A DNA stretch of 64,000 nt from Gemmatimonadota bacterium (GTDB taxonomy: Bacteria > Gemmatimonadota > Gemmatimonadetes > Gemmatimonadales > GWC2-71-9). The notes under the pieces were generated by a model. The model was not told the origin of the DNA, did not search any database, and worked only from the letters and a program-made list of their open reading frames with translations. The stretch is from assembly GCA_036679645.1 (NCBI GenBank), contig JAZDCY010000063.1:34795-98794 (forward strand). The letters are read 5' to 3'. The translations under genes were made by a program, and so were the position numbers. Below, one piece after another: positions 1-12,284 of the stretch (position 1 is the stretch's first letter; every line of letters starts with the position of its first letter).

Positions 1-1
1 C

Positions 2-523
2 GTTGGACCGGCCGATCCACCGTCATCATGGCAACACATGCTTCGGCCCATTCGGTACGTCCCCGAGGCCAAGTCGCTTTCTGACCAACTGCGTGACTTT
101 CAGCGCGGGACCGCGCATCTGGCGATCGTGGTGGACGAATACGGGGGTACGTCGGGACTCGTCACGCTGGAGGACATCCTCGAAGAGATCGTGGGTGAGA
201 TTCATGACGAGCACGATGTGCACGAGGCCCCCCCCATCGAGCAGGAAGGAGACGAGCGCTTCTGGGTCGATGGACGGTTGCCGCTCGACGACTTGTCCGA
301 CCTGCTCGGTTCGCAGATCGAACACGACGACGTCTCCACCGTCAGCGGACTGGTATACACCGAACTGGGCCGCGTACCGCGGCCCGGCGAGGAACTGCGC
401 ATCAACGGTTTTCGGGTCGTCGTTGAGCAGGTGTTCCGGCGCCGGATACAGCGCGTCTACTTCGAGCGGCTCGAGGGCGGCGAGGAGTCGGCGCCCGCCG
501 ACAAGATCGGCGGCGAGTCATGA
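2..523 (+). CDS. HlyC/CorC family CBS-domain transporter-associated protein (5' partial)
   Basis: HLAIVVDEYGGTSGLVTLEDILEEIVGEIHDEHD CBS motif plus C-terminal CorC_HlyC domain; open from window start. Confidence 0.9.
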   Translation, partial: VGPADPPSSWQHMLRPIRYVPEAKSLSDQLRDFQRGTAHLAIVVDEYGGTSGLVTLEDILEEIVGEIHDEHDVHEAPPIEQEGDERFWVDGRLPLDDLSDLLGSQIEHDDVSTVSGLVYTELGRVPRPGEELRINGFRVVVEQVFRRRIQRVYFERLEGGEESAPADKIGGES

Positions 524-1668
524 ACGGCGCCGTGTTGGCTGCAGGTGGAATGCTGCTCGCCGCGCTCGGCTCGATGTTGGCAGCGGGCGCCGCCTCAGTT
601 AGTCGGTTGGAGCTGTCACGGTGGGTGGCGGAACGTCACGGGGCGGGGTCCCTCGCTACGGCGCTGCTCTCCACGCCCGAGCGGATACTCGGACCCACGA
701 CCGGGCTAATCGTGCTCGGTACCGTGGCAACGGCCATCGGCGCGTCACCCATACTCACGCAAGCGCCACTAGCGGGTGCCGCAGGGATGCTGTTGGCGGG
801 CCTGCCCCTTTTCTTCGCTTTCGCGCACACGTTACCGCGTGCCCTCGGGCGCCGCTGGGCGGAACCGCTCATGCGATCGGTCGGGCCCTGGCTGGTGCGC
901 AGCGGCTCGGTATGGTCGCTGTTCGCTCCACGCGGGACCGGTGGTCCCACGGACAACGTTGCGGACAACGAGGACGGCGCCGAGTCGGGGCCGACGGGAT
1001 TCGTGGCGGGGCTGATCGCCTTCACCGAGCGGCCCGTGCGCGAGGTGATGACGGCGCGTACCGAAATCGTCGCGGCAGCCGAAGGCGCCCCGCTCGAGGA
1101 AGTGGCCGCTTTGGTAGAGGAATCGGGCTACACCCGGCTCCCGGTCTACCGGGAATCGCTCGACGACATAGTCGGGATGGTCCACGCGTTTGATCTGCTA
1201 AAGGCCGGCGAGACGGGATCGCTTCCCGTGCGGCCCGTTACCGTGACCCCCGGCACTCGACGGTGCGCAGATCTGCTTGTGGACCTTCAGCGGGACCGGC
1301 ACCAGTTCGCGGTGGTGCTCGACGAGTTCGGGGGCACCGCGGGCATCGTAACCTTGGAGGATCTGCTCGAGGAACTGGTCGGCGAGATCTTCGATGAGTA
1401 CGATCGACGTCCAGCCGTCCACGAACCGGGCATAGAGCTGCTCGAGATCGACGGTACCACGGCGTGCGATGAACTCGTGAGCCGGTTCGGGGTGGAGTTC
1501 CCCAATCGGGCCGAGACCGTCGGAGGACTCCTCGCGGTAGTGCTGGGGCGTATACCCCGACTCGGGGAACGAATCGTTATCGCGGGTCTGGAGTTCGACG
1601 TGCTCGCCGCAACGTCGGTGCGTGTCGAGCGGGTGGTCGTGCGGCGCGCCATGGCGGCATCATCCTAA
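520..1668 (+). CDS. Hemolysin/CNNM family protein (TM + CBS pair + CorC domain)
   Basis: Hydrophobic N-terminus, [41 protein letters not shown] overlap with the upstream gene. Confidence 0.9.
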   Translation: MNGAVLAAGGMLLAALGSMLAAGAASVSRLELSRWVAERHGAGSLATALLSTPERILGPTTGLIVLGTVATAIGASPILTQAPLAGAAGMLLAGLPLFFAFAHTLPRALGRRWAEPLMRSVGPWLVRSGSVWSLFAPRGTGGPTDNVADNEDGAESGPTGFVAGLIAFTERPVREVMTARTEIVAAAEGAPLEEVAALVEESGYTRLPVYRESLDDIVGMVHAFDLLKAGETGSLPVRPVTVTPGTRRCADLLVDLQRDRHQFAVVLDEFGGTAGIVTLEDLLEELVGEIFDEYDRRPAVHEPGIELLEIDGTTACDELVSRFGVEFPNRAETVGGLLAVVLGRIPRLGERIVIAGLEFDVLAATSVRVERVVVRRAMAASS

Positions 1669-1985
1669 GGCGTCTGCGCCGGTACTTCTTCGTCGGCCTC
1701 ATCGTGATCGCGCCGGCGGGGGTCACCGCTGTCGTGGAGGCGCCCGTCATGTCGCGGATCCTGGGTGTGTCGTGCGTAAACGTGTTTGTGCCGACGACAC
1801 CCAATCCCACTTCGGGATTCATGCTAGTCGTGCCACGCGACCGCCTGGTCGACGCGCAGATCGGTATCGAAGAGGCCATGAAGTTCGTCATCTCCGCCGG
1901 CTCGCTCTCGCCCGCACGGCCGTCGGCGCCGGTTCTGCGGCAGGGGATCGATATCGAGACGCTGCTCGAAGAGCGTGGCGATTGA
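1665..1985 (+). pseudogene. DUF502 family membrane protein, internally deleted
   Basis: In-frame [21 protein letters not shown] (DUF502-type N-terminus) joined almost directly to the C-terminal VFVPTTPNPTSGF...EEAMKFVISAG motif; the middle is missing and there is no clear start codon. Confidence 0.7.
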
Positions 1986-2025
1986 AGCGCTTGCGGGAAG
2001 CTCCGCCCTGTCGCGAAGTTCCGCT

Positions 2026-3093
2026 ATGTCGGTGAGCGAGTTGGTAGAGGGAATCGAAGCGCGCCGGGTAGCGACACTCGCCCGGGCCATTTCGATGGTA
2101 GAGAATGCGCGGGAGGGGTACGAGGAGCTGCTCAGCACCCTCCACGCTCACGCAGGCACCGCACACCGGATTGGCCTGACGGGACCTCCCGGTGCCGGGA
2201 AATCGACGCTGACGGAACGGATGATTCACGCCTACCGCGCCGAGGGTCTGAGGGTCGCGGTCATCGCGGTCGACCCGACCAGCGCCTTCACGGGTGGCGC
2301 ACTTCTCGGCGATCGCATCCGGATGGAGTCGGTCACGCTCGACCCGGACGTCTATATCCGATCGATGGCGACGCGCGGCGAAATAGGCGGTACCGCGACC
2401 ACCACGCGCGAGATCTGCGACATTCTCGATGCCTTTGGCTTCGACCGCATCATCATCGAGACGGTCGGCGTCGGACAGTCCGAACTTTCGATTGCCGCGA
2501 CGGCAGATACCGTAGTCTTGGTCCTGGTCCCGGAGTCGGGTGACGGAGTACAGGTGCTGAAGGCCGGCGTGATGGAGATTGCCGATATCTACACTATCAA
2601 TAAGGCAGACCGCCCCGGAGCCGACCGGCTGTGCCAGGAGATCGAGGTGATGCTGGGGATCCGGCGGGGAAACGCGTATCGCAATATCGCCCCGCACCAT
2701 GCCCCGCGCGCCGATCCCATTCGGGCGGGAGGACGGGATGGCGGGATGGCGGAAAGTGAAGGCAGGAAGGAGGCTGCTGGGTGGGAGCCTCCCGTTCTGG
2801 CCACGTCGGCGTTGAAGAACGAAGGAGTCGATGAACTTGTTCATGCTATTGAGGACCACGCGACGCACCTCCGCTCGAGTGGCGAGCTGGAGAGACGGCG
2901 CAGGGCACGACTGGCCCGCCACACCCGAGAGGTGGTGGATCGGACCTTGCGTCACCTGGTGTGGCACGACCGCGACGGCGAGGCAACCCTCCAGAAGGGT
3001 TTGGAGGCGGTCGCTGGTGGCGATTTGAGTCCCTACGAGCTCGCGCAGGATATCCTCGCCGGGATTCGGCGGGAGGACACCAATGGCAGATAA
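2026..3093 (+). CDS. meaB: Methylmalonyl-CoA mutase-associated GTPase MeaB
   Basis: GLTGPPGAGKST, AVDPTSAFTGGALLGDRIRM, ETVGVGQSE, NKAD; adjacent to mutase; start may be 1975 or 2026. Confidence 0.95.
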   Translation: MSVSELVEGIEARRVATLARAISMVENAREGYEELLSTLHAHAGTAHRIGLTGPPGAGKSTLTERMIHAYRAEGLRVAVIAVDPTSAFTGGALLGDRIRMESVTLDPDVYIRSMATRGEIGGTATTTREICDILDAFGFDRIIIETVGVGQSELSIAATADTVVLVLVPESGDGVQVLKAGVMEIADIYTINKADRPGADRLCQEIEVMLGIRRGNAYRNIAPHHAPRADPIRAGGRDGGMAESEGRKEAAGWEPPVLATSALKNEGVDELVHAIEDHATHLRSSGELERRRRARLARHTREVVDRTLRHLVWHDRDGEATLQKGLEAVAGGDLSPYELAQDILAGIRREDTNGR

Positions 3094-4726
3094 CGCACCC
3101 CACAGCACCTGGCGTGATCGCTACGACCGGGATACGAAGCGCGACGTCGAGTTCGTGACTCAGAGTTCGGTACCGGTCGATCCGCTTTACGGACCCGAGT
3201 CCCTGTCTGATTGGTCCTACGCCAACAAGCTCGGCGATCCCGGGTCTTTTCCGTTCACGCGCGGCGTGCACTCCACCATGTACCGGGGCCGCCTGTGGAC
3301 CATGCGCCAATTCGCCGGCTTCGGAACAGCCCGCGACACGAATGCGCGGTTCAAGTTTCTGCTCGAGAAGGGGCAGACCGGGCTGTCCGTCGCGTTCGAT
3401 TTCCCGACCCTGATGGGCTACGACTCCGACCACTCCCGTTCAGAGGGAGAGGTCGGCATGTGCGGCGTCGCCGTATCCTCGCTGGCCGACATGGAGACGA
3501 TGTTCGACGGCATTCCGCTAGATCGAGTTTCCACGTCGATGACGATCAACGGACCCGCCGCGATGCTCTTCTGCTTCTACGTCGCGGCCGCCGAGCGACA
3601 GGGCGTGGACATTCGCACGATTCGAGGGACCGTCCAGAACGACATTCTCAAAGAGTACATGGCGCAACACGCGTGGGTGTACCCCGTCGAGCCGGCTCTC
3701 AAGATCATCGTTGACATGTTCGAGTGGGCGGTTGAGCACACCCCTCAATGGAACACAATATCGGTCAGTGGCTACCACATCCGGGAGGCCGGTGCTACTG
3801 CGGCCCAGGAACTCGCGTTCACTCTGGCCAACGGATTGGAATACGTTCGGCGTGGGGTGGCGCGCGGTCTCGATGTCGACGCATTCGCACCACGACTCTC
3901 GTTTTTCTGGGACGTGCACAACGATTTCTTCGAAGAGATCGCCAAGATGCGCGCGGCACGACGCATCTGGGCACACCACCTGCGGGACGAGTTCGGTGCC
4001 AAGGACCCGCGATCGTGGATCATGAGATTCCACAGCCAGACCGCCGGTGTGTCCCTGACCGCGCAACAGCCCATGAACAACGTCGTCCGGGTGGCTTACC
4101 AGGCGCTTGCCGCTGTGCTTGGCGGCACGCAGTCACTCCATACCAACTCGCTCGACGAGACGTACGCACTCCCTACCGAGGAATCCGCGCAACTCGCGTT
4201 GCGCACCCAACAGATCCTGGCACATGAGACTGGCGTTCCCAACGTCATCGATCCACTGGGTGGATCCTATTTCGTGGAGGCACTGACCGATCGCATGGAA
4301 CGGGAGGCAGAAGCGATCTTTGCTGAGATTGCATCGATCGGCGGCGTGGTTCCCGGCATCGAGGCGGGTTGGTTCCAACGTCAAATCGCGGGGAGTGCAC
4401 TGCGGCATCAGCACGAAGTCGAGCAGCACCGCCGTATCGTCGTCGGGGTGAACGAGTTCGTCGATGAAGGGGAGACAGGCGTCGAGACTCTCCGTGTCTC
4501 CGGCACCGCAGATACGGCGCAGCGGAAAGCTCTCGCCGCACTGCGGACGACCCGCGACGATGCGCGGGTCGAGCAGTGCCTGGGCGAGTTGCGCGCCGCA
4601 GCGGAACGAGAGGACAACGTAATACCCGCCATGCTCGATTGCGCCCGCACCTACTGCACGCTTTATGAAATCCGTCATGCCCTGGAGGAGGTCTACGGTG
4701 CCTACCGCGAACCGGTCTTCTTCTGA
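3083..4726 (+). CDS. Acyl-CoA (methylmalonyl-CoA) mutase, large/substrate-binding subunit
   Basis: PFTRGVHSTMYRGRLWTMRQFAGFG, GTVQNDILKE, ISVSGYHIREAG, QSLHTNSLDE. Confidence 0.95.
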   Translation: MADNAPHSTWRDRYDRDTKRDVEFVTQSSVPVDPLYGPESLSDWSYANKLGDPGSFPFTRGVHSTMYRGRLWTMRQFAGFGTARDTNARFKFLLEKGQTGLSVAFDFPTLMGYDSDHSRSEGEVGMCGVAVSSLADMETMFDGIPLDRVSTSMTINGPAAMLFCFYVAAAERQGVDIRTIRGTVQNDILKEYMAQHAWVYPVEPALKIIVDMFEWAVEHTPQWNTISVSGYHIREAGATAAQELAFTLANGLEYVRRGVARGLDVDAFAPRLSFFWDVHNDFFEEIAKMRAARRIWAHHLRDEFGAKDPRSWIMRFHSQTAGVSLTAQQPMNNVVRVAYQALAAVLGGTQSLHTNSLDETYALPTEESAQLALRTQQILAHETGVPNVIDPLGGSYFVEALTDRMEREAEAIFAEIASIGGVVPGIEAGWFQRQIAGSALRHQHEVEQHRRIVVGVNEFVDEGETGVETLRVSGTADTAQRKALAALRTTRDDARVEQCLGELRAAAEREDNVIPAMLDCARTYCTLYEIRHALEEVYGAYREPVFF

Positions 4727-4802
4727 GCGGTCTCGGAAGCGCAGAGTTAGTCCCCGCACCCGCACCCAGTCCACCGGCCGCGCGGCGTCGCTCGCGCCCG
4801 TC

Positions 4803-5981
4803 GTGGCGGAGTTGTCGGGAATCGGGGAAACCGATCATTGGGTCGTCAGCTGCTATCTGAAACTCGAACCTCGCGACCGTTCGCGAGGCAAGTACCTCAT
4901 CAAGCTCAAGAATCGCATCAAGCGTCAGCTGGCGGCGTTCGAAGACAGGCAACCAGACCGCGCGGCGCGTCAGCGCGTCGAGCGCGATCTGAACCGCATC
5001 CGGGACTATCTCGAGCATCCCAGCAATCTCCCGCCGGGCCGTGGCATTGCCCTGTTCGCCTCGGAAGCGCTCGATCTGTTCATGGCCGTGCCACTCGCGC
5101 AGGTCTTTCGGTCGCGCCTGGCCATTGCGCGCACTCCACTGGTTCGTGAACTGGCGGCGCTCAACGACGAGTTCGGGCGCGTGGTATGCGCAGTATTCGA
5201 CCGGACATCCGCTCGTTTCTTCGACATCACAGTGCGCGAGGCGGTCGAGTTCCCGGCGATCGAGGTGGAAGAGAGCGTACGCGCCGGACGGTTTCACGCC
5301 TCTAGCGAATCGCGCACGCACGCGCGCAGCGAGACACGGGGCCGGGGTGTGGGTGCCTCAGCCTTGGGAGAACACAACTTCAACCAGCGGATCCGCGAAG
5401 AGAAACACCGGCACTATGCGCACGTTGCCCAGCGACTGTTCGCGCTTTCACGTGACGGCGATGTCGTGGGTATCGTGCTCGCCGGCACGGGCGTGGCCGT
5501 CGCGGCGGTGGAACCCCATCTGCACCCCTACACGCGGGACGCCGTTCTGGGAAGCGCCAAACTCAATCCCAAACTTGCCGCTCCAAGCGACGTGATGGAG
5601 ACGGTTCTCGCCGTACGCTCGATGCGCGAGCGCGAGTGGGAGGCGCGTCACGTGGCTGAACTCGACGAGGGCCTCGGGAACCGGTGGGCGCTCAACGGTA
5701 TCAGCCCGACGCTGGACGCGCTGAGTCGCGGGCAAGTGCGCACGCTGCTGGTGAATCCTACGGCCGAACTCATGGGCTATCGCTGTCAGGGCACCGGGCG
5801 ACTGACTCTCGACGCCAACCGGTGTGCGGGCCAGGGGCCCGCCGAGCCGGTGGCCGACGTGATTGACGAAGCGATCGAAGAAGCCCTGCGACAGGGCAGC
5901 CATGTGGATGTGGTCGAAGACACCACCTTGCGTGGACACGTTGACGGCCTTGCGGCGCTGCTGCGCTTCAGGGTGGCATAG
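4803..5981 (+). CDS. Bacterial archaeo-eukaryotic release factor 1-like protein (baeRF / Vms1-like)
   Basis: VSCYLKL N-domain, RGIALFAS, central RNase H-like domain with loop then NQRIREEKHRHY, eRF1 domain-3-like end (TLDALSRGQVRTLLV...GLAALLRF); start uncertain, ORF open from 4665. Confidence 0.75.
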   Translation: MAELSGIGETDHWVVSCYLKLEPRDRSRGKYLIKLKNRIKRQLAAFEDRQPDRAARQRVERDLNRIRDYLEHPSNLPPGRGIALFASEALDLFMAVPLAQVFRSRLAIARTPLVRELAALNDEFGRVVCAVFDRTSARFFDITVREAVEFPAIEVEESVRAGRFHASSESRTHARSETRGRGVGASALGEHNFNQRIREEKHRHYAHVAQRLFALSRDGDVVGIVLAGTGVAVAAVEPHLHPYTRDAVLGSAKLNPKLAAPSDVMETVLAVRSMREREWEARHVAELDEGLGNRWALNGISPTLDALSRGQVRTLLVNPTAELMGYRCQGTGRLTLDANRCAGQGPAEPVADVIDEAIEEALRQGSHVDVVEDTTLRGHVDGLAALLRFRVA

Positions 5982-6023
5982 GGTGTTGTCTTGCTTTTCC
6001 TGGCGGGATAGCTTGCGGCGCAC

Positions 6024-6443
6024 ATGACAAGCAATGCCGCTAGCGAGCCCATTCGCGTGCTCGTGGCCAAGCCCGGCCTCGACGGGCACGACCGTGGCGC
6101 AAAGGTGGTAGCCGCGGCGTTGCGCGATGCCGGTATGGAGGTCATCTACACGGGCCTGCACCAGACGCCGGAGATGATCGCGACTGCCGCCGTGCAAGAG
6201 GACGTCCATGTCGTGGGCCTTTCCATTCTCTCTGGGGCGCACATGACGCTCTTCCCGCGCGTCAAGAAACTGCTCGACGAGGCCGGCAGGAACGACATCC
6301 TGCTAATGGGCGGCGGGATCATCCCGGAGGATGACATCCGGCGGCTGGAGGCCGAAGGCGTTGCCAGGCTCTTCGGCCCGGGCACACCGACGCCCACGAT
6401 CATCGAGTACATCCGGTCCAGCGTCGGATCGCGCTCGACGTGA
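6024..6443 (+). CDS. Cobalamin-binding small subunit of acyl-CoA mutase
   Basis: [14 protein letters not shown] (DxHxxG), [14 protein letters not shown]. Confidence 0.95.
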   Translation: MTSNAASEPIRVLVAKPGLDGHDRGAKVVAAALRDAGMEVIYTGLHQTPEMIATAAVQEDVHVVGLSILSGAHMTLFPRVKKLLDEAGRNDILLMGGGIIPEDDIRRLEAEGVARLFGPGTPTPTIIEYIRSSVGSRST

Positions 6444-8065
6444 CCGCCGGGTCGGAGACCACCCACACCGGTAACCGGCTGCGCGAGCTCGCTGCGGAGT
6501 ATCGCGACCTCGCCGTTCGCCTCGAGCAGGGCGGCGGCGCCGAGAAGATCCGCAAACAGCACGACCAGGGAAAGCTCACGGCGCGTGAGCGGATTGGGCA
6601 TCTGCTCGATCCGGACACCGCGTGGCTCGAGATCGGCCTGTTGATGGCCTACGACCGGTACGATGGTCAGGCGCCCGGCGTCGGGGTGGTGACCGGAGTG
6701 GGCATCGTATCGGGTCGTCCGATCGTCGTCGTCGCCAACGACGCCACGGTGAAGGCGGGATCGTGGTGGCCGGAGACGATCAAGAAGATGCTGCGCGCGC
6801 AGGAAGTCGCAATGCGGCAGCGTATTCCCATTATCTATCTCGTCGATTCCGCGGGCGTGAATCTCCCCTATCAGAGCGGCGTCTTCCCAGGACAATACGG
6901 CGCCGCGCGGATCTTCTACTACAACTCGATAATGCGCCGCTACCTCCACGTGCCGCAGATCAGCGCGGTGATGGGTCCGTGTGTCGCGGGCGGCGCATAT
7001 CTCCCTGCCCTATCGGACGTCATCTATATGGTCGAGGGCACGTCCTTCATGGGGCTGGGTGGTCCCAATCTGGTAAAAGGGGCAACCGGACAGTCCGTGG
7101 ACGGCGAGTTCCTCGGTGGGGCAGAGACGCATACGTCGGTGAGCGGCGTCGCGCACTATAGGGCGGCGGACGATGCAGTGTGCATTCGGATGATCCGTGA
7201 ATACGTGGAGCGCCTGCCAGAGGCAGCCCCATCGCTGAGACCACGACGCGGTGACCCGGCGAAACCCGCCGCGAAACCACCTGCCGCCCTGTATGACATT
7301 CTACCCGCCGACCATCGCATGGCGTACGACATGCGCGACGTGCTGGCCTGCGTGCTCGACGGCGGTGCGCTCGACGAGTTTCAGCCGGACCGGGCGCAGG
7401 AGATGATGTGCGGCCACGGTGCAATCGAGGGATACCCCGTGGCGGTTATCGCGAACCAACGCGGCCTGATCAAGGGACGGGAGGGTGAGCGACCCAAGTT
7501 CGGCGGCATTGTCTACACGGAGAGTGCCGAGAAGGTCGCGTACTTCATTGACACGGCCAGCAGGGAGCGTATCCCGCTCCTCTTCGTGCAGGATGTAAGT
7601 GGGTTCATGGTGGGACCCGAAGCCGAGCACACCGGAATCATTCGCGCCGGTGCCCGCTTTGTCGAAGCGATGGCGGGCGCGCTCGTGCCGAAACTCGTTC
7701 TTACAGTAAATCACGCCTCGGGCGCCGGCTACTATGCCATGGCGGGTCAAGGGTTCGACCCCGACTTCATCCTATCCTGGCCGACGGGCCGCATGGGAGT
7801 CATGGAGGGAGACTCCGCGGTGCAGGCTGTGTTCGGAGACCGCGTCGCCGACCCCGCTGTAGGCAATGAGGTCGAGCAGATGCGTGCCGACTACGAGCAT
7901 CAACTCGATGCCAAGTACGCGGGCGCGCGCGGGTACGTCGACGCGATCCTCCTGCCGGAGGAAACGCGCGACATACTTGCACTTGCGCTCCGCGTCTGCG
8001 GCACGTACGCCGGACCACACCTAGGCGCATTTGTGCTTCCCCCCATGGACTACACGGGCGCGTGA
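6440..8065 (+). CDS. Acyl-CoA carboxylase carboxyltransferase (beta) subunit, MCC/LiuB-like
   Basis: [48 protein letters not shown]. Confidence 0.92.
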   Translation: MTAGSETTHTGNRLRELAAEYRDLAVRLEQGGGAEKIRKQHDQGKLTARERIGHLLDPDTAWLEIGLLMAYDRYDGQAPGVGVVTGVGIVSGRPIVVVANDATVKAGSWWPETIKKMLRAQEVAMRQRIPIIYLVDSAGVNLPYQSGVFPGQYGAARIFYYNSIMRRYLHVPQISAVMGPCVAGGAYLPALSDVIYMVEGTSFMGLGGPNLVKGATGQSVDGEFLGGAETHTSVSGVAHYRAADDAVCIRMIREYVERLPEAAPSLRPRRGDPAKPAAKPPAALYDILPADHRMAYDMRDVLACVLDGGALDEFQPDRAQEMMCGHGAIEGYPVAVIANQRGLIKGREGERPKFGGIVYTESAEKVAYFIDTASRERIPLLFVQDVSGFMVGPEAEHTGIIRAGARFVEAMAGALVPKLVLTVNHASGAGYYAMAGQGFDPDFILSWPTGRMGVMEGDSAVQAVFGDRVADPAVGNEVEQMRADYEHQLDAKYAGARGYVDAILLPEETRDILALALRVCGTYAGPHLGAFVLPPMDYTGA

Positions 8066-10902
8066 CGTCCCGCCGCTCCCAGCTGCGGAACGCGGTCTTC
8101 TGCGTGGCGATCGCGATCGCCGGCGAGGCGTGTGCCGGCAGTCCCGCGCCGGCTGCCGCCCCCGGACCGGCACGCGGGCAGACGAGTGAGGCCGATGGTA
8201 CCGCCGTGCGAGTGACGCCGCGCCGCGATCCACTGCTGCCGCCACAGTTCGCCCGACTCGCGGGGCTGATGCCGTTGCGATCCACCGGCGCCGACGTCTT
8301 TGTGGCCGATAACCCTACGTTCGATGGCCGCGGCGTCTTGATCGGCATCCTGGACTCTGGAATTGACGCAGGCGTGCCAGGTTTGCGAGAGACACCGGCC
8401 GGCGACCCGAAGATCGCTGACCTGCGAGATTTTTCGGGCGAAGGCCACATCGCCCTCCGGGAGGTAGCACCAGACACGGGTGACGGCGTGTGGGTCGACG
8501 ATCAGTATGTCGCAGGGTTCTCGCGTCTCGCCGGACTGACTCGTGCCCCGGTGTTCGGCGGCCTCTTTCGCGAGCGCCCGCTAGGGGTTCCACCGGGAGC
8601 CGACGTGAACGGCGATGGCGACAACGAGGATGTCTTCCCAGTACTCGTCGCGCGCGCGAGCGACGGGTGGGTCGTCCTTACGGATACCGATGGCGACGGG
8701 ACGCTCGCGAACGAGCGACCGGTCAGGGACTTCCGAGTAGCGGGCGAGACCTTCGCATATGGACCCCTGACCATCGCAGTGAACCTCACGGAGCAGCGAG
8801 GCGAACCACGGCTCGAGCTTTTCTTCGACAACTCCGGCCACGGCACCCACGTGGCAGGCATTGCGGCAGGTCACGATCTGTTCGGTGTCTCGGGGTTCGA
8901 TGGTGTAGCTCCCGGCGCGCGGATCCTCGGCCTCAAGATCTCGAACAATGCCCGTGGTGGGATCTCGGTGACCGGCGCCATGCAGGCCGCCATGGAATAC
9001 GCGGCGGAGTTCGCCGCCGCGAGGAACCTGCCCCTCGTACTGAACCTCAGCTTCGGCATAGGGAATGCGCGGGAGGGAACGGCGGCAATAGACTCGATCA
9101 TCGACGCCTTTGCGCTCGCGCACCCCGATGTGCTCTTCGTCATCAGTGCCGGAAACGATGGTCCCGGCATTTCCACGGTGGATTTCCCGGGCTCCGCCGA
9201 ATTTGCCCTCACGGTCTGCGCGCTGTTTCCCGGCGTCTTCGCACGTCCACCGGAACCGGGTGTGCGCCCCGCGCCCGACGTGTTGGGGTGGTGGAGCGGG
9301 CGAGGAGGTGAGACCCAGAAACCGGATCTCTGCGCACCCGGTGTGGCGTTTTCCAATGTTCCCCCCTGGAATGCCGGTGGCGAGGTATCCGGCGGTACCA
9401 GCATGGCTGCGCCACAGATCAGCGGCGCCGCGGCGCTTCTCCTCTCGGGCCTGACTCAGCTTGGCCAGCCGACCCGGGCGGTGGACCTGCAGCACGCCCT
9501 GGAGGCGACGGCGACCCTCATCGCCGGCGCGACGGTCATCGACGTCGGGACAGGCGTCCCCGATGTCCCTGCCGCCTTCCGTTGGCTGCGCGCCGCACAC
9601 CAGGCGGGCCGGTTCTCCATTCGCGCGCTTGCGGATGGGGGTAATTCGTCTCACGCCTCCGCCGCATTCCGCCGCAATGGTCTCGCGGACCCCGGTGACA
9701 CACTGCAGCGATTCACCGTGGCGGCAATCGGCGGACAGCCCTTTGCGCGCGTGCTGCTGCGCCCGGACGTTCCCTGGTTGCACGCCCCGGATGTGCTCGA
9801 CTTTCACGGCGAACCCGTCACGGTGACGGTAACGTATGACGCGGCGGCGCTTACAGACCCCGGCCTGCACGTCGGCACCGTCTGGGCGGTTCCGGAAACC
9901 GACACCCTCGGTGGTGCGGCGTTCGGGCTCACCAATACCGTGATCGTGCCCGAGACATGGGTGCAGAGTTTCACCAAGCGGCGGTACCTCGAACCGGGTC
10001 GCTCTGATCGCTATTTTTTCCGCGTGACAGACCCGGACGGCGGCCTGAGCGTGCAGGTCACGGTGGATCCAGAGCGAGAGGCCACCCTGTACCTGTTCGA
10101 GCCCGGCGGCCGCCCGTTCAGAGAAACGAGTAGCGTAACCATGGGCGGCGACGCCAAGCTGCGGCAGATAATCCGCGTACGTGCGGAGGACGCCGTTCCG
10201 GGTGTCTACGAGGTGGTGATCGTCGCACCCCCGCTCGATGGCGTCACGTATGAGTTGAAGGTCCGGCGACCGCGCGTAACCATCAGCGTCACTCCCGAGC
10301 GGGCACTCGAGTTCGCGAACCGTACGCCGAGGCGTGTCGAAGCGCGCTTGGCGGCGGTTGTCGTGGGCGCGCGCCGAGCCGAGCGCATCCGTGTACGTCC
10401 CGATTGGGTGTCGACGATCCGATCCGTCGTGCCACCGTGGGCGACCGATCTCGTCATCGATGTGCGGCTCGACCCCGAACTCTGGTCCCGCGTGACCGAT
10501 TTCGGCGTGACTCTTTTCGACACCGCGGGCCGATTGCTGATCGAGGAACCGCTGAACTACCCCGCCGGACGACACCGCATCGCAATCGATTCGCTGGGCG
10601 CGGACACGTTCGAGATCGAGCTGCTCCCGGCCTTTGCCAGCCAGCCCACTGATGGGGGATGGATGGTCGAAGTCGATGTCACGTACCTCGCGGAGACACC
10701 ACTGCTGTCGCTGACGTTGGGTGCCGGAAATATGATCTCGATCCCCGCCGGAGGGTCCATCACGCTCCCCATCGTCATCCCCGGCTCGCTCATTCCGCTG
10801 CCCGAGGGCTTCCATCCGTTGCTGGAAGTCACCGCCGCAGCGGGCGACGACGAGACGACGCGACGTGTGATGGTGACACGCGCCAGCGGCGCAAGCCGAT
10901 GA
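8062..10902 (+). CDS. Secreted S8 subtilase, tripeptidyl-peptidase II-like
   Basis: Signal peptide; catalytic [31 protein letters not shown]-like insert after DLRDFSGEG. Confidence 0.9.
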   Translation: MTSRRSQLRNAVFCVAIAIAGEACAGSPAPAAAPGPARGQTSEADGTAVRVTPRRDPLLPPQFARLAGLMPLRSTGADVFVADNPTFDGRGVLIGILDSGIDAGVPGLRETPAGDPKIADLRDFSGEGHIALREVAPDTGDGVWVDDQYVAGFSRLAGLTRAPVFGGLFRERPLGVPPGADVNGDGDNEDVFPVLVARASDGWVVLTDTDGDGTLANERPVRDFRVAGETFAYGPLTIAVNLTEQRGEPRLELFFDNSGHGTHVAGIAAGHDLFGVSGFDGVAPGARILGLKISNNARGGISVTGAMQAAMEYAAEFAAARNLPLVLNLSFGIGNAREGTAAIDSIIDAFALAHPDVLFVISAGNDGPGISTVDFPGSAEFALTVCALFPGVFARPPEPGVRPAPDVLGWWSGRGGETQKPDLCAPGVAFSNVPPWNAGGEVSGGTSMAAPQISGAAALLLSGLTQLGQPTRAVDLQHALEATATLIAGATVIDVGTGVPDVPAAFRWLRAAHQAGRFSIRALADGGNSSHASAAFRRNGLADPGDTLQRFTVAAIGGQPFARVLLRPDVPWLHAPDVLDFHGEPVTVTVTYDAAALTDPGLHVGTVWAVPETDTLGGAAFGLTNTVIVPETWVQSFTKRRYLEPGRSDRYFFRVTDPDGGLSVQVTVDPEREATLYLFEPGGRPFRETSSVTMGGDAKLRQIIRVRAEDAVPGVYEVVIVAPPLDGVTYELKVRRPRVTISVTPERALEFANRTPRRVEARLAAVVVGARRAERIRVRPDWVSTIRSVVPPWATDLVIDVRLDPELWSRVTDFGVTLFDTAGRLLIEEPLNYPAGRHRIAIDSLGADTFEIELLPAFASQPTDGGWMVEVDVTYLAETPLLSLTLGAGNMISIPAGGSITLPIVIPGSLIPLPEGFHPLLEVTAAAGDDETTRRVMVTRASGASR

Positions 10903-12284
10903 CCCGAGCGAGCGCGAGACGCTCCAGCGTCCGCATCGCATCAGGCCAGGGTTTCTGGGGAGACTGGCTCGAGGCACCGGTGCGACAGGTTCTCGGGGGA
11001 CCTATCGACTACTTGATGATGGACTATCTGGCTGAAGTCACCATGTCCATCATGCAGAAACAGCGCTCCCGCGATCCGGCACTTGGATACGCCAAGGACT
11101 TCGTGCCCCTCATGGAGCGGTTGCTCCCGGATCTCGTGAAACGCCGTATCCGGGTCACCGCAAACGCGGGTGGAGTCAACCCGAGGTCGTGCGCCGACGC
11201 GGTCATCGCGAGCGCACGCAAAGGTAAGTTGGCGGGGAAAGTGCGCGTCGGTGTCGTGGGTGGCGATGACATGCTCGACCGGCTCGACGAGCTGGTCGAG
11301 CGCGGGCACGTGCTCGCGAACCTCGACACGGGCGAGCCGCTCGAGAGCGTCCGGGAGCAGGTGCTGAGCGCCAACGCGTACCTGGGCGCGGAACCGGTGG
11401 TCGAGGCACTGCGCGCTCGTGCGGACGTCGTCATCACGGGCCGCGTGACCGACACGGGTCTGACACTCGGACCCATGATCGACGCCTTTGGCTGGCCGGC
11501 GGATGCATGGGACCGTCTCGCCGCCGGGACGGTCGCTGGACACATCATCGAATGCGGTGCGCAGTGTTCGGGTGGTAACTGTCTCGTCGGGTGGGAACGC
11601 ATTCCGGGTCTCGACGAACCGGGCTACCCCATAATCGAGGCTCATGCCGACGGCACGTTCGTGGTTACCAAACACGACGGCACCGGCGGGCGCGTGTCGA
11701 TACCGTCGGTGACCGAACAACTCGTCTACGAGATGGGCGATCCGACCAACTACATCACGCCGGACGTGGTCGCCGACTTCACGACCATCCAACTCGCGCG
11801 TGACGGCGCCAACAGAGTGCGCGTGTCCGGCGTGCGGGGACGTCCCGCAACCGACCACCTGAAGGTCTCGATCTCATATTTCTACGGCTACAAGGCCGTC
11901 GGCACGCTGGTGTACGCGTGGCCCGACGCCTTCAAGAAGGCCCAACGTGCCGACCGGATTCTGCGGAAGCGCCTGGAGCGTTTGGGGCTCGCGTTCGAGG
12001 AGATCATGACCGAGTTCGTCGGCGTGAACGCAACACACGGACGGCTGGCCGGGCCGCCCGACCCGGATCTGGCCGAGGTGCAACTCCGGGTAGGGGTGCG
12101 TGCGCGTGAGCGAAAACCGGTCGAGCGATTCACGCGAGAGATCGCCCCGCTGATCCTAAACGGGCCGCCGAGCGTGACCGGCTTCGCAGGCGGTCGACCG
12201 AAGGTCGAAGAGATCGTCGCGTATTGGCCGGCGCTCATTCCCAAGACGGAGATTCGGTCCACGGTGGAAATCCTGGAGGCGTAG
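10899..12284 (+). CDS. AtuA family (DUF1446) acyclic terpene utilisation protein
   Basis: [51 protein letters not shown]-coupled start at 10899. Confidence 0.92.
   Translation: MTRASARRSSVRIASGQGFWGDWLEAPVRQVLGGPIDYLMMDYLAEVTMSIMQKQRSRDPALGYAKDFVPLMERLLPDLVKRRIRVTANAGGVNPRSCADAVIASARKGKLAGKVRVGVVGGDDMLDRLDELVERGHVLANLDTGEPLESVREQVLSANAYLGAEPVVEALRARADVVITGRVTDTGLTLGPMIDAFGWPADAWDRLAAGTVAGHIIECGAQCSGGNCLVGWERIPGLDEPGYPIIEAHADGTFVVTKHDGTGGRVSIPSVTEQLVYEMGDPTNYITPDVVADFTTIQLARDGANRVRVSGVRGRPATDHLKVSISYFYGYKAVGTLVYAWPDAFKKAQRADRILRKRLERLGLAFEEIMTEFVGVNATHGRLAGPPDPDLAEVQLRVGVRARERKPVERFTREIAPLILNGPPSVTGFAGGRPKVEEIVAYWPALIPKTEIRSTVEILEA

Noticed and set aside
8581..10977. 798-aa minus-strand ORF and similar long antisense ORFs (e.g. 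53819-55576, 45478-46776)
   Set aside because: Shadow ORFs opposite well-supported genes in high-GC DNA; no recognisable motifs
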